Below, piece after piece: positions 62,919 through 64,000 of a stretch of 64,000 nt of DNA (its first letter is position 1; each line of letters opens with the position of its first letter). Source of the stretch: Felis catus (lineage: Eukaryota); the NCBI RefSeq assembly GCF_018350175.1, contig NC_058368.1, forward strand, positions 108,440,001-108,504,000, read 5' to 3'. Under the pieces are notes generated by a model. That model worked only from the letters and a program-made list of their open reading frames with translations. It was not told where the DNA came from and did no database searches. The position numbers were made by a program, and so were the translations under genes.

Positions 62919-63143
62919 TTTATTTTTTTTATTTTTTTTTCAACGTTTATTTATTTTTGGGACAGAGAGAGACAGAGCATGAACGGGGAAGGGGCAGAGA
63001 GAGAGGGAGACACAGAATCGGAAACAGGCTCCAGGCTCCGAGCGATCAGCCCAGAGCCTGACGCGGGGCTCGAACTCACGGACCGTGAGATCGTGACCTG
63101 TCTGAAGTCGGACGCTTAACCGACTGCGCCACCCAGGCGCCCC
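62919..63143 (-). mobile_element. Young SINEC_Fc-type element
   Basis: CpG-rich, perfect TSD AAATGTGATAGTCCTTTTA. Confidence 0.93.
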
Positions 63144-63612
63144 TCTAAATGTGATAGTCCTTTTAAAACAACAATCCAGGAGATCCCTGCCCCAATATAG
63201 ACCATTCAGTCATCAATGAACAAATATGAAGCCAGTTTTTCTAAAACAGATACATAAACTACTGGTGATAATAACTACTGGTGGTACACTTGACCAGTCT
63301 CTAAGAGCCCAACAGGGAAGACAAAGCACATTTCTGCTGGAACGAGGATCTCCTCTTCATATTTGCTGTGTGTAATGGTTCAGTACTAAAAACAATCCCA
63401 CTGATGAATCCCAAATGTGCCTGAATCCCTAGCCCATTTGACATTTAATAACATAAAAGCCCCACTGGCCTAGTGATTTATACACCCTCATCTGGCCATG
63501 GGACAAAGAAATTCAAAAAATTAAATTTTATTAGAATAAGCTAAAGAAACTAAATAAATCTTGCGTACACTGCTAGACAACTCTAAATTATGAAAAGCTG
63601 GAGAATACATAC

Positions 63613-63698
63613 CTGAATTCATTTAGGGCATCAACTATTCGATTATATGCCAAACTCCTCTGACTGGCATCAGCAGATCTCCGGCTCATTTTCATAGC
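63613..63698 (-). CDS. FNIP1: FNIP1 exon 11 (86 bp); upstream exons lie beyond the window
   Basis: ttcaAG acceptor and GTATGT donor. [28 protein letters not shown](R), in phase with exon 12. Confidence 0.95.
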
Positions 63699-64000
63699 CT
63701 TGAAAGTAATGAAATAGTTAATTCTTACACTGATCACAGGCAAAATACTGAAGAAAAAAAAAGTGAAAGACAAAGTCACTTATTTCCACAACACTTTTCC
63801 ATCAACCTTATCTAGAAAGATGTAAAGAAGGCACATATATTTACAGTGGCTTTACTGTATATACCCTTGATCATTAACAATTATAACAAAATTCAAAATT
63901 TTCTAATGTTAAATCTTTTACTCTAACTGTCAAATGAAAGAATATCAATACAAAGAGAAAATGATATTGACAGTTTCTATATTATATAAAACTACTTTTT

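Noticed and set aside
1..64000. CRISPR array, operon or other prokaryotic/viral system
   Set aside because: The window is spliced mammalian genes plus interspersed repeats. There is no regularly spaced repeat-spacer array and no long unexplained ORF.

Overview
This is mammalian nuclear DNA, almost certainly from a felid: it carries about 40 carnivore tRNA-derived CAN-SINEs, including young SINEC_Fc-type copies. Two genes lie in tandem on the minus strand. The first is the 3' part of FNIP1: eight GT-AG coding exons (63698 down to the stop at 29396) that splice in phase into 797 aa, followed by a ~2.7 kb repeat-free 3'UTR. About 6 kb downstream is the CpG-island promoter of RAPGEF6 with coding exons 1-2 and part of exon 3. 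The rest is intronic or intergenic SINE, L1, MaLR and DNA-transposon remnants and microsatellites. I found no prokaryotic-type or wholly new gene system. The most notable observations are: (1) an apparent His-to-Arg change at a zinc-ligand position of the FNIP1 reductive-stress (FEM1B) degron; (2) a dense regulatory layout in the FNIP1 3'UTR, with hairpins that can mask poly(A) hexamers, miR-25/32/92 sites fused to AAUAAA, a let-7/miR-26 pair and six Pumilio elements; (3) inverted SINEs around the penultimate FNIP1 exon; (4) an in-frame uORF in RAPGEF6; and (5) phase-compatible FNIP1-RAPGEF6 read-through splicing. Exon numbers, repeat family names and human/mouse comparisons come from memory and need database confirmation.
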